Source: Vicugna vicugna | Lineage: Eukaryota | Direction of reading: 5' to 3' | DNA: 64,000 nt | NCBI GenBank assembly: GCA_013265495.1 | Contig: MU058781.1 | Location: forward strand, 972,963 to 1,036,962 | Shown here: piece by piece, positions 28,360 to 42,590 of the stretch | Numbering within the stretch: the first letter of the stretch is position 1 | How the letters are laid out: the number at the start of each line of letters is the position of its first letter | The notes under the pieces: generated by a model | Database searches by the model: none | Told to the model about the DNA's origin: nothing | What the model saw: only the letters and a program-made list of their open reading frames with translations | Translations under genes and position numbers: made by a program

Positions 28360-28590
28360 GATCAACGGTTAATATGTATTAAAAGCTTACTAAATGCAAG
28401 GTACTTTTAAAATCACTTTATCCTTATGAACTCAATCACCACAATAATCCTATGAGGTAGATTCTGTTATTAACGCTTTCTGACTAATGATACGCTTGAG
28501 ACAAAGAGAGCTGGTCCAAGGTCACACAGAAAATAGATGTAAACGGTTGAGCTGGGATTTGATTCATGGTCATGCTCTCCAAACCATTCA
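28360..28590 (-). mobile_element. MIR SINE (representative; further MIR pieces near 6780-6960, 23120-23330, 27670-27780, 32130-32320, 32600-32790, 35400-35560, 47550-47740, 56990-57220, 57800-57960, 58540-58720)
   Basis: cacaataatcctatgaggtag…ccaaggtcacacag…gagctgggatttga MIR core. Confidence 0.75.
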
Positions 28591-29087
28591 TGCTACGCTT
28601 TCTGAATGGAGGAGGTGAACCTCAGACAGCCCACCTTGGATGCGTGGTGAGAAGGCTCAGGGCCATTCCTCTCCACCCTGCTGACTGCTCGTCAGGATTC
28701 CTGGAAACCGAGGAGCTGGGGCTCTCCCTCCACGTGTTTCTCTGTCTGAAGCCTGTTCTCTCCTTAATTGCTCACATTAAGTTCAAGCATCCAAAGCAGA
28801 CACAGAGCTTACCAAGAAAAAACATATCCTCGCCAACAAAACTCCATCAAGCAGCATCCTGAAAAACGTCATCATCCAGCATCCTTAAAGAATGAGTCTT
28901 TCTGAGGACTAGATTTATCAGATAGCTTACAAATTGTAACTCAGAATAAAAATCTTCCTGAGATAACGACAAGTCTATGATCTCTCAAACCTACAGTCCC
29001 TGAACCTAACTGTGATTTCTCAACAACAAATTTAATTATTTGAGAAACGTCAATAATCATACAATAATTTCCTTGAGGACATCATCT

Positions 29088-29262
29088 AGTGGTCCCTCAA
29101 ATTTGGTTTGTATAGGAATTACTCAAAGGCGTTTATTAAAAATGCAGATTTCTAGGCCTTGTTCTCATCCTTGAATCTGAAAGTCAGGGGTGAGGCTTGG
29201 GAATTTGAATTTTTACAAGGTAATGGAGACTCACGTGGTCCATCAGACCACACTTTAAGAAT
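29088..29262. mobile_element. MER5A-like hAT DNA transposon
   Basis: agtggtccctcaaattt…aaaatgcagatttctaggcc…accacactttaagaatca. Confidence 0.75.
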
Positions 29263-30556
29263 CATCATCCAATATGGATACAAAGATAAGACAGGTTTGT
29301 GTGTCCTTGGTCATACGTCTAATTGACTTCCACAGCTCAGGGCAACCACATCTCTGTCTGAAATCAAACTGACTCATACCTGAATAATTACTGACTAAAA
29401 AATATGACCTTTCCAACATTTTCCATCAAACACGACTGAAATCAAGAGGAAATATATGGCATGTCATCTCATTATATCGCAATTCCATTATCTGACCTCA
29501 ACCTCAATATGTCATAACTCATCTCTTCACATGCTACTCAAATGTTCAACTAAGAATATTTCACTCTAGGGAGATGGCAAAATCTAATTGAATATTTTAA
29601 TTTAGAAAATTCAGTTCTGGGATTTCTCCCTCCAACCCCCACTTTTTTTTTTTTGACTGTGAAAACAAAAAGTTGAATTTTCTTTTCAGTTTCTCCTTGT
29701 TAGGCAAAAGATAGATTTTCCCTTCATTGTCCCTGAGAGTTGAAGACATTGGGGAAAAATTGGGCACAGCCCATTACTTTTACAAACCCCAGTGACTGAG
29801 CCTCAATGCACAAAAAGATGGCATTTCTGAACATCTGCAGCATGATTAGATCAAAGACCAACAAATTAACCACAAATGGTTTTACAAGGAGCAGGCAAAT
29901 ACATCATTTGGAAAAAACTTTTGGCAATAATTGCTAATCAACACTTTCCCTTTGGGAAACCCACATTGTACCAAAGATCATCTGGCAATAGTATTATTAA
30001 TGCCAGTGCCACCTTTTACATTTTACAAAGCTCTTACACGCACATTATAACATTTGATCTGCATGCCAACGTAGTTAATATTAGCCCATTTTACAGGTGA
30101 TTGAAAAAAAAAAAAGATTTAGAAAAGTAATGATTTGCTCATGTTTTCCCAGCTACTGAATTACTAATTTGACCATGTCAAAAGCTGTATATGACTTTAC
30201 GGTTTCCCTCCTTCATTCATTCATGAAATCATTTCTGGCACTGGAGATAAAAGTAACAAGAAAAACAACTGCTTCTTCCTGAGTTACAGTCTGACACGGG
30301 AGCGGAGAAGCAGTAAACAAATAGGACAATGTCAACAGTGAGAAACGCTCTAATGTACCACTGCTGATACTGAAATAATAAAAATAAGTTAGAGATGCAC
30401 TGGAAAATGACCAGAGGAGGGACTACTCTGTTAAGAAAATCTAGTCTAGGGAAGGGACACAACCGAGGGCTGTGGTTTGAGGAGGAAACCCACCAGGCAG
30501 GAAGCCACACCTCGTTCAGCAGGCCTGTAACAAGAATGTGTCCAGAGAACAGACGT

Positions 30557-30695
30557 GAGGAAGGGCGTAGCTCAGCGGTAGGGCGCACACCTAACATACA
30601 TGAAGCCCTGGGTTCAATTCCCAGTACCTCCGTGAAAAAAGTAAATAAGTAAGTTAATCTAATTACCTCCCCCTATAGAAAAAAACCATAAAAAA
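30557..30695 (+). mobile_element. tRNA-Ala-derived SINE (Vic-1-like) inserted in an L2 relic
   Basis: Diverged tRNA head, the family ctaattacctcccc tail motif, and a TSD cagagaacag at about 30543 and 30696. Confidence 0.88.
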
Positions 30696-31258
30696 CAGAG
30701 AACAGGAAGTGAGGCTAGACTGAAATACATAAGCAGAAAAGTCTTATGAAATAAAATTAGAAAGGGGGATAGAGGCCAGATCACATGAGGTTTGAAGGCC
30801 CAGGTAAGGAATTTGGATTTTACTCAATGGAGAGCCACTAGGAACGCTTAAGCAAGGCCTTGATGTGATCTGATCTGTAGTTTACCGGGTTGACCTTTAT
30901 TGGTCCTTGAATTTAGTGATATTTCTGTTTGAGCATAAATCCTTCTCCTGCCACCACTATAAGCTTTGAGAGCCCCATCCGTTCAGTCATTGACTACTGC
31001 TTGGTACATGTATGAGGCAGACGGATAGGAAATGATCGCCAGCCCTGGTCTTTGCAATTAACAGGCCATGTGACCTTGGAGAAATTCTTAACTCTACTCA
31101 GCCCTTAGCGACGTTATTTTGTGTTCAAAGGAGAATTGGTGCCTTACAAGTCATTGTAAAGCATTTTGTATAGATGTTGAAATATTAAAACATATTCCCT
31201 CTGAATGTGAGTGAGTTCAAATATAGAAGCAAGTTCCTCCCCTTTAGAGAATTCAAAG

Positions 31259-31844
31259 TGATTTGATTGTTGAATTGCATGCAAAGTGAACAAGAACTAC
31301 TATTTTGTAACTAGGGCATTCTTAACTTTGAATAAATCAGATGTGAACAGATGTAGGGAACAGACACAAAGGACAAAGATGGATTTATGGCATTTGAAAA
31401 GCATTTCCAATAAAATAAAGAATGTGAATCTGCATAAGACACCAAAATTTTTTTTAAATTAAAAAATTTTTTCATCTATATGGCAGTCAATAGTTGTCTA
31501 CTTGAAGTCTGCAATGTGACTCTTAGGAATATTTAGATTTACTCATTCATTAAAAAAATATATATTTATTAAGATGGGAACATTTCCAGGTGTCAGAGAT
31601 TCAGCAGTGAAGAGAACAGACCCCAGTCCCTGCTCTCTAGAAGTTTACATTCTGGTGCTGCCAAGTACACTTAAGATTAAGTGACCACCTGCCAATATCG
31701 CAGCCCACTCCCAAATAAGGCTGGCAAAATGATTTGATTGTTGAATTGCATGCAAAATGAACAAGAACTACTATTTTGTAACTAGGACACTCAACTCTGA
31801 CTACCTCAGATGCAAACAGATGTAGAAAACAGACACAGAGGACA
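31259..31844 (+). repeat. Diverged direct repeat of about 115 bp (31259-31375 and 31730-31844)
   Basis: tgatttgattgttgaattgcatgcaaa(g/a)tgaacaagaactactattttgtaactagg…cagatgtag…cagacaca.aggaca is present twice, 471 bp apart. Confidence 0.92.
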
Positions 31845-31845
31845 G

Positions 31846-32119
31846 GGAAAGAGACAGAAAAGAGCAATGGACTTGGCTTTAGAAATAGAAATAAGACTGG
31901 CAAAAATGCAAAGGAAAAATAAAGGAATTGAAGAGCAATCCACAGATTTGAAAAACGAACATATCAGTTCTTGCTGCTTCCTTGGAAAGAGACAGAAAAG
32001 AGCAATGGACTTGGCTTTAGAAATAGAAATAAGACTGGCAAAAATGCAAAGGAAAAATAAAGGAATTGAAGAGCAATCCACAGATTTGAAAAACGAACAT
32101 ATCAGTTCTTGCTGCTTCC
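31846..32119 (+). repeat. Perfect tandem duplication, 136 bp x2 with a 2-bp spacer (period 138)
   Basis: 31846-31981 is identical to 31984-32119, which also shows as repeated peptides in the ORF track. Confidence 0.97.
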
Positions 32120-35100
32120 CTGAGGGTTGGTTGTGAACCTTAGTGTTTGGACTGTGGGGTCATTTACACCTGGGCTTGAATCTCTGTTTCAAAGTCTGGT
32201 CAAGTCTCCATCTCTAAAACCTCAGTTTCTTTCATCTGCAAAGTGGTTTAAAAATAGATTGTGTTGTGTGAAGTTGCATTGCATGCAGCGATGAAACTGA
32301 CATACTGCAAGTACTCAATACGCATTTTTCCTCCTTTCTGCCAGAGAATACGAGACAAGAATAACATGACTTTTTACACCGATGACCCTGAAACCCCTCA
32401 CATCACCCAGTAACAAGGAGCAGAGACGAAAGAGCAGCAAATAAATGTAATGGAAACTGAGCTTTCTTAGAGGAGAGAAGTCAAGCGTGGATTAACTAAT
32501 GCTTCTCAAAGGGATGTCTTGAAGGGCTGGAGAAACCTAACATAGAGGAAGGTGGTGCATATTCCACATGCAGGATTACGATGATGATGAAAAATAATTA
32601 TAGTTACTAGATATTTCCTACCTGCAGTCCACTATGCTAAGCAATTTATACATCACATTATTTGATCCTCAGAAAATCTCTGTGAATTAGCCATTAGATT
32701 CCCACTCTATGAATGAAGGAACGGAGGCCAGGGAGATTACGTCGTCTTCCTACAGTGTTGAACGCTGAGTAAGTAGCAGAACCAGACCGCTGCTGAAAGC
32801 CGAAAATGGTGCCCAGTGACCACCCAGGCCGCTCAGGAAAAGCCATTTGCAATCAAGATTCTCACCAACCTGGGGGAATCCTTGACCAGCAGGAGTGACC
32901 ATTTGAAGAACTGACAAAAAGAGCCTTCCTCCACTGATATAATGGAAAACTTTTTAAAGCCATGTGATATAATATTCTCCAAGCTATTTATTCTTAATGG
33001 CAATAATCAATAATCAATAAAAGCAACCTTGTTCAGACTCTAGTTTCCCTAAGACCACTCCTTCCTATCAGTTATGAAAATCGTTTCAATTCCTTGATAT
33101 TAAATGTCACACAGAAAATAACCTCTTGCAAAATGTGGGGCACATCATATTTTAAGAATTAATACATTGGGTCATTTTAATCAGTTTCTGATATATGCAG
33201 TTTTCAGAAAGCACTTCAGGGAAGAACACTGTGGCCGTGACTAATAATGACAAGAATATGAACTACATTCTTCATATACATATCGGAATCAGAACATTAC
33301 TGAAGTACTTTACCATCTTAAGTACTGAGGAAGCTTTAAATAAAAAATAAATTTGCCTATTTCACTGAAACTGAGCATCCTTTTTTCAGGCATAAAACTT
33401 CCAACTTATTAATTTCATGGCTATATTTTAAAATGAGTGCCAATACCCGCCAGATGACTGCATGATAAGTGTCTTAAAACTTCAGGAAAAGGCACTAAAT
33501 TTTTCACAGTATTTGTGTTTCATTCTCAGTGTAATAAAAATATGCCACCCTTTTAATAATGAATAATAGATTCTCAGTTTGATTTACATGCATGGATTAA
33601 ATGTCATGTTTGAAAAGTTGCTGTTTTATTCATATTGGATTTCCCTCCAGTAAAACAAAAATGGTGCCCATCTACCACTGTAATGATACCTTGCCACACT
33701 GATGTATAAATATTAACAGGTTGATATGCTTCTTAAAAGTCTACAGATCCATGAGAAAGTCCGATAATACAATGATTTTAAGTCAGGTTTTCTCTGGAGC
33801 TTCTGACGTGGTGACCTGTGCCCTATAATTAGCCAAAACCCGCTACATACAATGTGGCTACACCAAAGGGACCAGGGAGCCAGGCCTTGTTTCAGTGATG
33901 CCAGATTTATGAACTGAATTCTAAAAGGTTGAAGTAAGTGACGCTTCTACTTTCCCACTGAAAGCACTCTTCACTGTCACCAGTTCTTCATGAGTTCTTC
34001 AGTTATCTGTTGCTGCGTAGCAAGCTACTCCAAAATTTGGTGGCTTGCAACAACATTTTCCAGTACCTCCCCCCAGTGATGTAGATCAGAAAATCAGACA
34101 TGCCTCAGCAGAGTGACCCATCCACCCAGCACCCGCGGGGGCCACTTGGTGCCACGCTTCTGTTACTGGTGTTCTCCCCTGAGTTTTAAGTGATTATTCA
34201 TTTATTTATCAGGTCCAGCTCCCCTTTGCACAGTTAGACAGCTGTGCCTAATAAAAGGACGGTGAGAGTGAGTGCAGTTAATGCGGCTCCAGAACAGGAG
34301 GACGTGCTTGTCCAGAACCAGACTTCTACGAGGACTTTTTAAATTCTCTGATTTTCTTAATAAACAGCCTATAGTTGCCTTCTAGAATAGAAAGTCCAAC
34401 ACAGCTATTTTCACTTGGAAATATCAAAAATCATCTGGAGAAATTTTTGCTCGGTCTTTAAAATAATTGAGTTGGCAGTTAACATAACATCAACTGGTAT
34501 ACATTTGATGAGGTCCCCATGCATGCCTAATTACTCTGGAAGTTTCTAGAAGGCATACCAGAGGGCTCTCATCTATGCTTCCACTAGAGAATGAGCTTGG
34601 CTGAGTTTGCTCACGCCTCAAGAAAGTTTATGAGCTCACGTTTCTCTTTAGAAAAAATTTACCTAAAGTATTGTTCTTGTAGATTAAAGAGGAGAGAAGA
34701 GACTAAACAAACATGAAGTTGTAAAACCATAAAATATTGGCATTTATTTTCTTGCTCATTACCAATGATGGGCTCTCCATATATAATTAATATATATTTT
34801 TCTCTAAGTTGATTTGTTTCAACTCAATCAGATTTATTCCTATTTTAGAAGCCACTGATACCAAGATTTAGCTTTTAAGATTATCTTCCCATGTCCTTGT
34901 AGTATTCATTGTTGGGTAACTGAATTTACATTAAACCAATAAATACAGGCAGCCTCTGCCCTAAGACAACTGAAATCTTGTTGGAGCTAAGTGATGTGTA
35001 TGGACAACAGCAAAAGTGATTGAGTTTGGAAGTTGAAGGATAAGTAGGAATTAACACTGAGAACAAATGCCCAATGGCACACCAGAACCTGGAGGATATA

Positions 35101-36345
35101 TGGAACTTGGGCACAGCTCAAGCTAAAACGGTGGTCGGGTGGCTGGGTCCATGGAGGGAGGCTGGGTCTGTCTGATGAGCGTGAGAATGTGGAGGGAGTC
35201 TGAGGCTACATTACCAGCATCTTTGAATCCATGGGAAGAAGCTTAATTGATCCCAAGAGCAATGGGGAGTCAACACATAGTTTTAAAAGGGAAGTGATGA
35301 AGTGATGTGATGGAAAGACTGTTTTAGTTAATGATGATCATGGAGACATTATTGATCCATGAGGGTTAGCGAAAAACCATTCATGAAGTGAGAAAGCAAG
35401 AGCTGAGCATCGGTTTCATTCCCAACATTGTCCTAATAAGCCGTAAGAGCTTAGGTAACTTGCGTTATTTCTCCAAAATTCAGTTTCTCATCTGTGAAAC
35501 AGAAATATTAATGTCTCTTTCATTGTTTTTTCAGGTTAAATGTCATACTATTGGTGAAGGCAGTAAACTCTACCTTGGTCTAAAAATACTTTGTTGGTTT
35601 TAGAAAGAACAAACTTAAGATACAAAGATATAAATATTATGCATCATTGCCCAATTACCCTTCCAAACAATATAATCATGGTCATGGTAGAAAGAAAAAT
35701 AGTAATGACATACTTCAGTTAAACAAAACTTCATTTTAGGCATATATTTGGGTTTCGTTTATTGCTTGTTTTTAGAGCTGGTTTGCTCTTAATTTAAAAA
35801 TATTTAGCCCTTGCCATATTGATGGTAACATAATAAGATGGATGAGAGAAAGCGTCTTGTGATGACTATTTTATGGTTGAGATAATCGAGGCACAGGGAC
35901 ATTGGGTGACAGCTCTAAGTCACTTTGCTAAGTAGATTTTGACACCAGAATTCAAATCAAGGTGAAGAGCACACACTTAACCACCATCCCACCATATCTT
36001 GGCCTCCCGTATGTATTCTTCATGTTTCAATATAAAAGAAAATTTTCTATGATAGCATTTCCAGGAGATTTTATTAGTAATTAAAATGTATTTTACTTTC
36101 TTTATCCAAAGAAAAAGCCTCAGCTCAAATAAGTGAAGAGCAGATCCTCTTGAACTTAAGAGACAGACAAATGCCTGCTCCTTGTGATTCCGTCATCTGG
36201 TGCCTGTTTTATCACATCCTGTTTTTTGACATCCCTTTTCCTGTAGCTTTTTTGCCATAGAGCGTGCTTTCAAAAACTGTCCAATGAGATTATGTCATGT
36301 GCTTGACTTCTTTCTTAAGGAATTCTCAGGACTGCCATAATTTAA

Positions 36346-36499
36346 GGGGGGAGGGTGTAGCTCAGTGGTAGAACATGTGCTTCACATGCATGAGGTCCTG
36401 AGTTCAATCCCAAGTACCTACATTAAAAATATATGCATAATGAACAAATAAACCAAATTCCTTACCCCCAAAATAAAAAAAATTAAACTAAAGAAAAAG
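36346..36499 (+). mobile_element. tRNA-Ala-derived SINE (Vic-1-like)
   Basis: GGGGAGGGTGTAGCTCAGTGGTAGAACATGTGC…GAGTTCAATCCC, an A tail, and a TSD actgccataattta / attgccacaattta. Confidence 0.9.
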
Positions 36500-37875
36500 A
36501 TTGCCACAATTTAGTGTAAGACAGACAAATGATTTTCTGCCTTTAGTATTCATAAAATTTCATCATTCACACTGACAGACCCAGATGTACTTATCAAATA
36601 GAATGGGGTTAACTACCATAAAATTCAAGTGATTTTTTTTTCCCTTGGTTACACAAACACTTAATCCAAGACATGGCTTTCCTTTCTATGTGGTATAGGG
36701 TAATGTGAAAAATAAAATATATAAACCTAAACTGAAGGAAACCACCGCCTGGATGGAATCATTATAGAAATTGTTCCAGAAGGCTACATCCTTCCAGAAA
36801 TAATACCCCTGTAATGTCAGCAGATTCAGAGTCAGCGTGGGTTACCTGCTCCATGCAGAGGGCCTGGCCAGGTTTGGTAGACGTGCCTGAGGCTTAGCCC
36901 AAATGAGCACATGACCTTTCAGAAATTTTTTAAATTCATTAATCAATGTTCTTTGCCTGAATTTTGCTGGTTTTGCCTCTTTAACCTATCATTTATATCC
37001 TTTTTTAAGCTGGTCAATTCCTATACCCAATGGAAGGGAGAACTGTAAGCGTAACAGTTCTGTCTAATAATTAACTAAATGTTCTTTCAGCCCAGGTATC
37101 ATTACCAACGTTCAAGAACGATATTTTAAAATGTCACCCTTTTGGGTGATAAGACAGTTATAAGATAATGATCACTGCAATTCTTACCATGTGGCTTCAC
37201 ATTAAAAAAATTAAACAAAATAAACTTTAAAAAAGTAAAAAGTACTCTAATACATTTTCTCTTCCAATCTTCCATGCAGCCTAAAAATTCCACATTTATT
37301 TATCCATATGAATGTATTAGGAGCCAAATCTAACCTAAGAAAGAGCAAAATCTTTCACCAGATTTCCAAAGGATCTGTCCGATGTTTTTATAATGATATT
37401 TTCCTAATTTAATGTTTTCCTACAGTAATGTTTTCTGTAACTTTTTATCTTTCTAACAGTGAACAAGATGGATTCAAACTGATTCCCATGAATCAGTGGT
37501 TTCCAAACTGTGATGTACATGTCTTGTGAAAGCAGAAATGCCTAGTCCCAACCCTTGATTTAACTTTTTATTGAGTTAATTAGTTGGAGAAATAATCATT
37601 TAATTATACAAAATATATGCTCATCTATTCTGTCTTTTGCTATTCAAGTGCTCCTAATTGCCTGATACTTTATTAAAATTGAATAGAAAAGGGATGCTTT
37701 TATTCATTTAATATTATTTAATATTTAGTATTCCTTGGTAAAATTATAAAACATTTCAAATATAAAAGTTGCAAAAGAATAATACCAGATGGCATTCATT
37801 CTTGCATTCTTCCTTGTTCTTGAAAGGTAGCCTTTGTTAATTCTTGTAGCAAGGTTCTCGGAAGGGTATATTTAT

Positions 37876-38333
37876 TATGCGATGACTGACATGTGTACCC
37901 CCACAAAGAAGATATACCTTAATCCTAACCCCCCTGCACCTCAGAATTTGGCCTGGTTTAGAAATAGGGTCTTTGCAGATTTAACCAAGATGAGGTCGTT
38001 AGGGTGGGCCCTCATCCAGTATGACTGGTGCCCTTATCTAGAGGGAAAATTTGGACACAGACAAACACATACGCAGGAAAGATGATGTGAAGATAGACTC
38101 ACAAGGATATTGCCGTGAGAAGACAGAGGATTGGAGTGATGCATCGACAAGTCAAGGAACACCTGGGGCCACCAGAAGCTGGGAAAGAGGCACAGAACGG
38201 CATCTTCAGAGTCAACATGGTACTGCCGGCACCTTGAGCTCAGACTGCTGGCTTCTAGAAGTGTAAGATGATGAAATTCTTTAAGCCACTAGGTTCGTGG
38301 TACTTTGTTTTGGCAGCTTTAGGAAACTAATAT
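37876..38333 (+). mobile_element. MaLR solo LTR (MLT1B/C-like)
   Basis: gaaatagggtctttgcagat…agggtgggccctcatccagtatgactggtg…tttaagccact…ggtactttgtt…ggaaactaata. Confidence 0.88.
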
Positions 38334-38379
38334 AACATTCTTAGCCAAAAACGTCTCTACTCATTTGGAACATCCTGCC

Positions 38380-39230
38380 CCAACTCTTGAATAAGTTAAG
38401 TAAAAATCTTTTTAAATTAATTCTCTCCCAGGATTTTGCATAAATTGTTGTGTTGAGTCCTCTGCTGTTGGTTTCTGCAGTTTCACTAATGTGTCCACGC
38501 GTGGATGGCTTTACTTTGTCCTGCTCAGAATATCTGCTCCATTAATCTAAGAGTTTGTGTCTTCCAGCAAGTCTGGGAAATTCGTAGCTGTTATCTCTTC
38601 ACGTAAGGTTTCTTCTCCCTTCCCCTCTATGGTCTACTTCTGAAAGCTGTGTAAGATGTATGTTAGACCTTCTCTTCCACATACTTTCACACCACCTCAC
38701 CTTTCCATTTCTTCCCTCTGTGTTCTAGTCTGGGAAATTTCCTCAGATCTGGGTCCAGTTCATTACATCTCTGTTTGGTGGGTCTAATCTGAGTAATATA
38801 TCTTTGGAATTTTTAGTTTCAACTAGTATATTTTTCCATCAGGAGAAATAAAATTTAAAGCACAGCCCAGCTAGAGGAAGAGAAATTTCGATTTCCCTCT
38901 GTTGGAAGGCAGATTTTTTTTTGGTCTAGTCTATCCCTTTTACACTAGCCTTGGCTATCCTACATTTATGCAGGAGACTTTCTTTCAACAACCATACCTC
39001 ATGAACCCAAGGCCTCATCTCCCGAATGGCCACTGAAATCCAAAATTTTAGATTAACAAGATTGATCATTTCTTCTCCCCTCTCCTAGGCAGTCAGAGTC
39101 TTGGTTTATCCATTCCCTGTCGGGTTTACAGTTTCTCCTTCATTTCTGACTTTCAAGGAAGGTGCTTTCTTTCTTGAGTGTTTCTCTGATGCACCTAAAA
39201 ACTCCTGTCTCATTTAGAATTTCCAGATGT
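38380..39230 (-). mobile_element. Very old L1 (L1ME-like) remnant
   Basis: tctgggaaattcgtagctgttatctcttca…gtatgttagaccttctc, antisense ORF1-like text. Confidence 0.55.
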
Positions 39231-42200
39231 TTATAAAACATATGCTGAAAACAAAATACGCCTTTGACTTCTGATTCTGGCAGGATGATGGACTAAGATG
39301 ATGTGAACATTTAATTTAGTATAGCATCCTGCCAGAGCTGAAGGTCAAGAGGCATAGTTGGGGGCACACTTCTTCCCAAAGAGCCTAGCCTTGTGGCTAT
39401 TAATGAATACACTCACCACAGAAGGCAAGATTTCTATTTGAAAGATTTTGAGGATTAACGTCAAAAGATAAGGAGGTTCCAAACGTCTCCACCAAGGAAT
39501 TATGCAGCATCGTCAAGCAAGATGAGACCAGGTTTAGAGTCCGTAACTATTTAATTTAATATGATTCTTGCAGGAACTCAAATAAGGGAGTGGTTATTAC
39601 CTCATTTTATGTGAGGGGACTGAAGCTGAAATTCGTCAGTTAGCTCGTTGTATTTGACCACCTCCATCTTACAATACAGGAAAACGGATGTTAAGGTGTG
39701 GAAACACTGGGGACAAAATCCAAGCAGTAGTTACCGGAAGCCGTATGTGGATGTTTGGAGTGACACAACCTGGAGCTTATCAACGTATCTGCTGCCTCCC
39801 TCAAGGGGCTTCTCAAACTCTGTAAGCAAACTTTTCTCCTTAACTTTCAAGTGTTTGCCTCCTGGCCCAACCTCTGATGCTGTAACGTCTTCCTCTGACT
39901 CTAAGATCGGTTAACAATGTACCACTACAGACGGATAAATGCAGACATTTCCTCAGCAGGCTCTGGTGCTTCTGCAAGGAGGACTTGCCCTTTCATTCGG
40001 TAAGTACCTTCACTGTGCCGGCTATCTGCACAGGAATGGGAGACCATGTCTCCCAGCAGACACTGGGAAGACGCCCTGCTCTCTCAAAGGACCGTATGAA
40101 GCCAATTTCTCCTGATCATGGAGTAAGAATAGAAATGACCCCATCTTAGGCTTGTATGTTAAAAGTAATAATGTAAATATCTTCAATGCCCCTATGTCAA
40201 TGACATACACCAGCACATTCGTATGTCTTTGTGTGTATATTCCGATGACTGGAAAATTACAGTTCTTTAAACCTTGCTGTTTTAACTGTCAGTCCCCCAC
40301 AAACTGCTCGCAGGGTGACTGGCAGGCAGAATTGTGTGGTTAGAGAAAAACCTTGCTAGAACTCATTGGAATGAGCAGAACTTTGAGCAACAGCATTTTT
40401 ATTCTGAAATCAAACAGCCTCAGATGACTTCTCTTTCCTGTCAAGCTGTAGAGGTTTGGGGACTTGTTTTTGTTTTGGTCTTGAATTTTCGTGCTTTTCT
40501 TATATCCACTGAATGTGAAACAGCCTAGTAGATTTCTTGGGGGAGTCAGGATTTTGCTAGGTGATACCAAGGGATGGATGTAACTCAGTGACATTTTGTC
40601 AGGCTGTTAAAGAATAAATTTTCCTTGGCTGTGGCAGGAGGTAATTATTTCGGTTTGTTCGCTTCTGACACAGGGGAGGAAAATTTGGAGTTGTAGTTTC
40701 AACTATTCCAAGGTACTGTTTGCTCTGCTTGGCAGGAAAGGAAAAATGCATTTCCCTGCTGGATGAACGACCAACCTCTGCTTTCCCCTGGGGACCGGAT
40801 GCGCTCCTCAGCACCATGAGCGTTTTTTCGCAACATCAGTTTCTTAGTGGTTTTGCTCCCTGTCCCTGAAGACATTCTTGATGCTCCTCTTCTTCTTCTA
40901 GTCCCTCCTGACATTCAACCTGTAGCGCTCATTCAACGGCACGCGAGGAACCGTCTCAAAGCAAACACAGCCATGCACGTGGCTTCCACACTCGGAGTTC
41001 ACACTCCTAGGGGGTAACGGGGGTTGGGCATCTAAACCAATCATAGCAATAAGTTATTTACGCAGACGGCTCTAGGCAGCAAGCTCTTTGAATGGTAATT
41101 TTTTTGTAGCCTAGCTCCAAGCTTTAAAATTGTAGGTACTTAATTATAATGTACGAAAAGGATGGAGTTGCCCGTTAGGTACTGATTAGATCCTTTTTTT
41201 TTTAGTTATGAACTAAAGTCTTATCTAGCACCACATTCCCGAAATCGCTCTGAGATGAACAGTGAGAACCAAGATCTCAGCCGAGGGGCTGAACTACGCC
41301 TGCTGCCTTCTTGTGATCTGTCCTCAGAGTCTGGCTCCGTGGCGGCTGCGGGCTCCCCCCAGGGGGAAAGTCCTTTGCATGTCCAGCCCTGACTGACGCC
41401 TCTCACCTGTGCCCCACACTTCTCACAAGGCTTCTGGGATCATTCATTGGAGAAAAACAATTGTTCATCAACATTGTTCTCAAGCAAAGGTTAATCTGAA
41501 AGTTAGTTATTCAACATAAAAGCATTTGTCATATAAATTAAAATGAAAGTCCCCTGGCTGAGAATTTATGGACTCCACCATCGAAGAGACACAGGAATTA
41601 TAACAACAATCGTCAGAGAAGCTTCTGAGCTCCCACTAGGTCTCGGGCTGTGTGTTCCCACAAGTAGCACCTCAGCCGTTTCTTGCAATGCCTCTGGCAG
41701 GCAGATATTTTTATTCCCATTTCACAGACGAGCCAACTGAGGCTTGCTTCCTCAGCGCACCTTGTCAGCCCCGGAGCCCTGGGATATTCTCGTTTGACTC
41801 TAACAATGTTTGTTTGACTCATTCAAATTAACAGCATAAGAGGTAGTTCCATACGTGTGATGAGTCTGCCCTCTTGCCCGGCATCAACGGCACAAGCACA
41901 GATAAGGGTTCTGGGACTAGCCCAGCCCCTTCCTTTCCTCCCCTTGGGCTGGAGCTCCCTGTCTGGGTCTGCCCGGTGCTGATGCCCAAGGAAAGCTAAG
42001 TGTCTCCTCTCTGCTTCCAAAGGTACCTTGATGCCCTCAGACCCCTGCTTCTCATCCCTGCTTCCAGATCACTCTTTGATCTTACCCATCCCTGCCCCAC
42101 CCCCCCAGCACAGTCTCCTCTAAAATCCCTTTGCTTGTCTCCTCTAAAATCCCCTACATCCATCTTATATTTTCTGAACAACCCCTCCAACTCTTCTTAG

Positions 42201-42590
42201 CTAAAGTGGTTCTCATCCAAAATGCATGTCCCTGGCTGCCTAAAAATGTACTGCACACAAAATACACATGATTGTGATCTCTTGGCATGTAAATCCTGAA
42301 AAGGTGAAGAACTGTATCAAGCATGCACATGTGTGTTCTTGATAAACAAGGATTGCATTCCATCTTACACAGGACTTGGGGTCGGTGTCCCACCCACGAC
42401 ACGGCATTTGGCTCGCAGGTATTTGCTGAATGAATGAATGAACGAATGAACAAAATCCTCTCTGTTTACTATACAAGGTTGATTACCTAAAGCTGCATCA
42501 CTGGAGATGAAAAGCTGGATGGACAGGGAGGGCGGGGAAGCTAAATAAAAAGTGATACTTGTGTAAAAAGACTAGCACATAAAGACTTAC

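Noticed and set aside
31806..32136. ORFs with internally repeated 46-aa peptides on both strands
   Set aside because: A by-product of a 138-bp-period DNA duplication. There is no splice or coding support, and it is not a CRISPR array (two units, no spacers, eukaryotic DNA).
36885..36893. Perfect TFAP2 site GCCTGAGGC
   Set aside because: A single 9-mer is within chance expectation for 64 kb.
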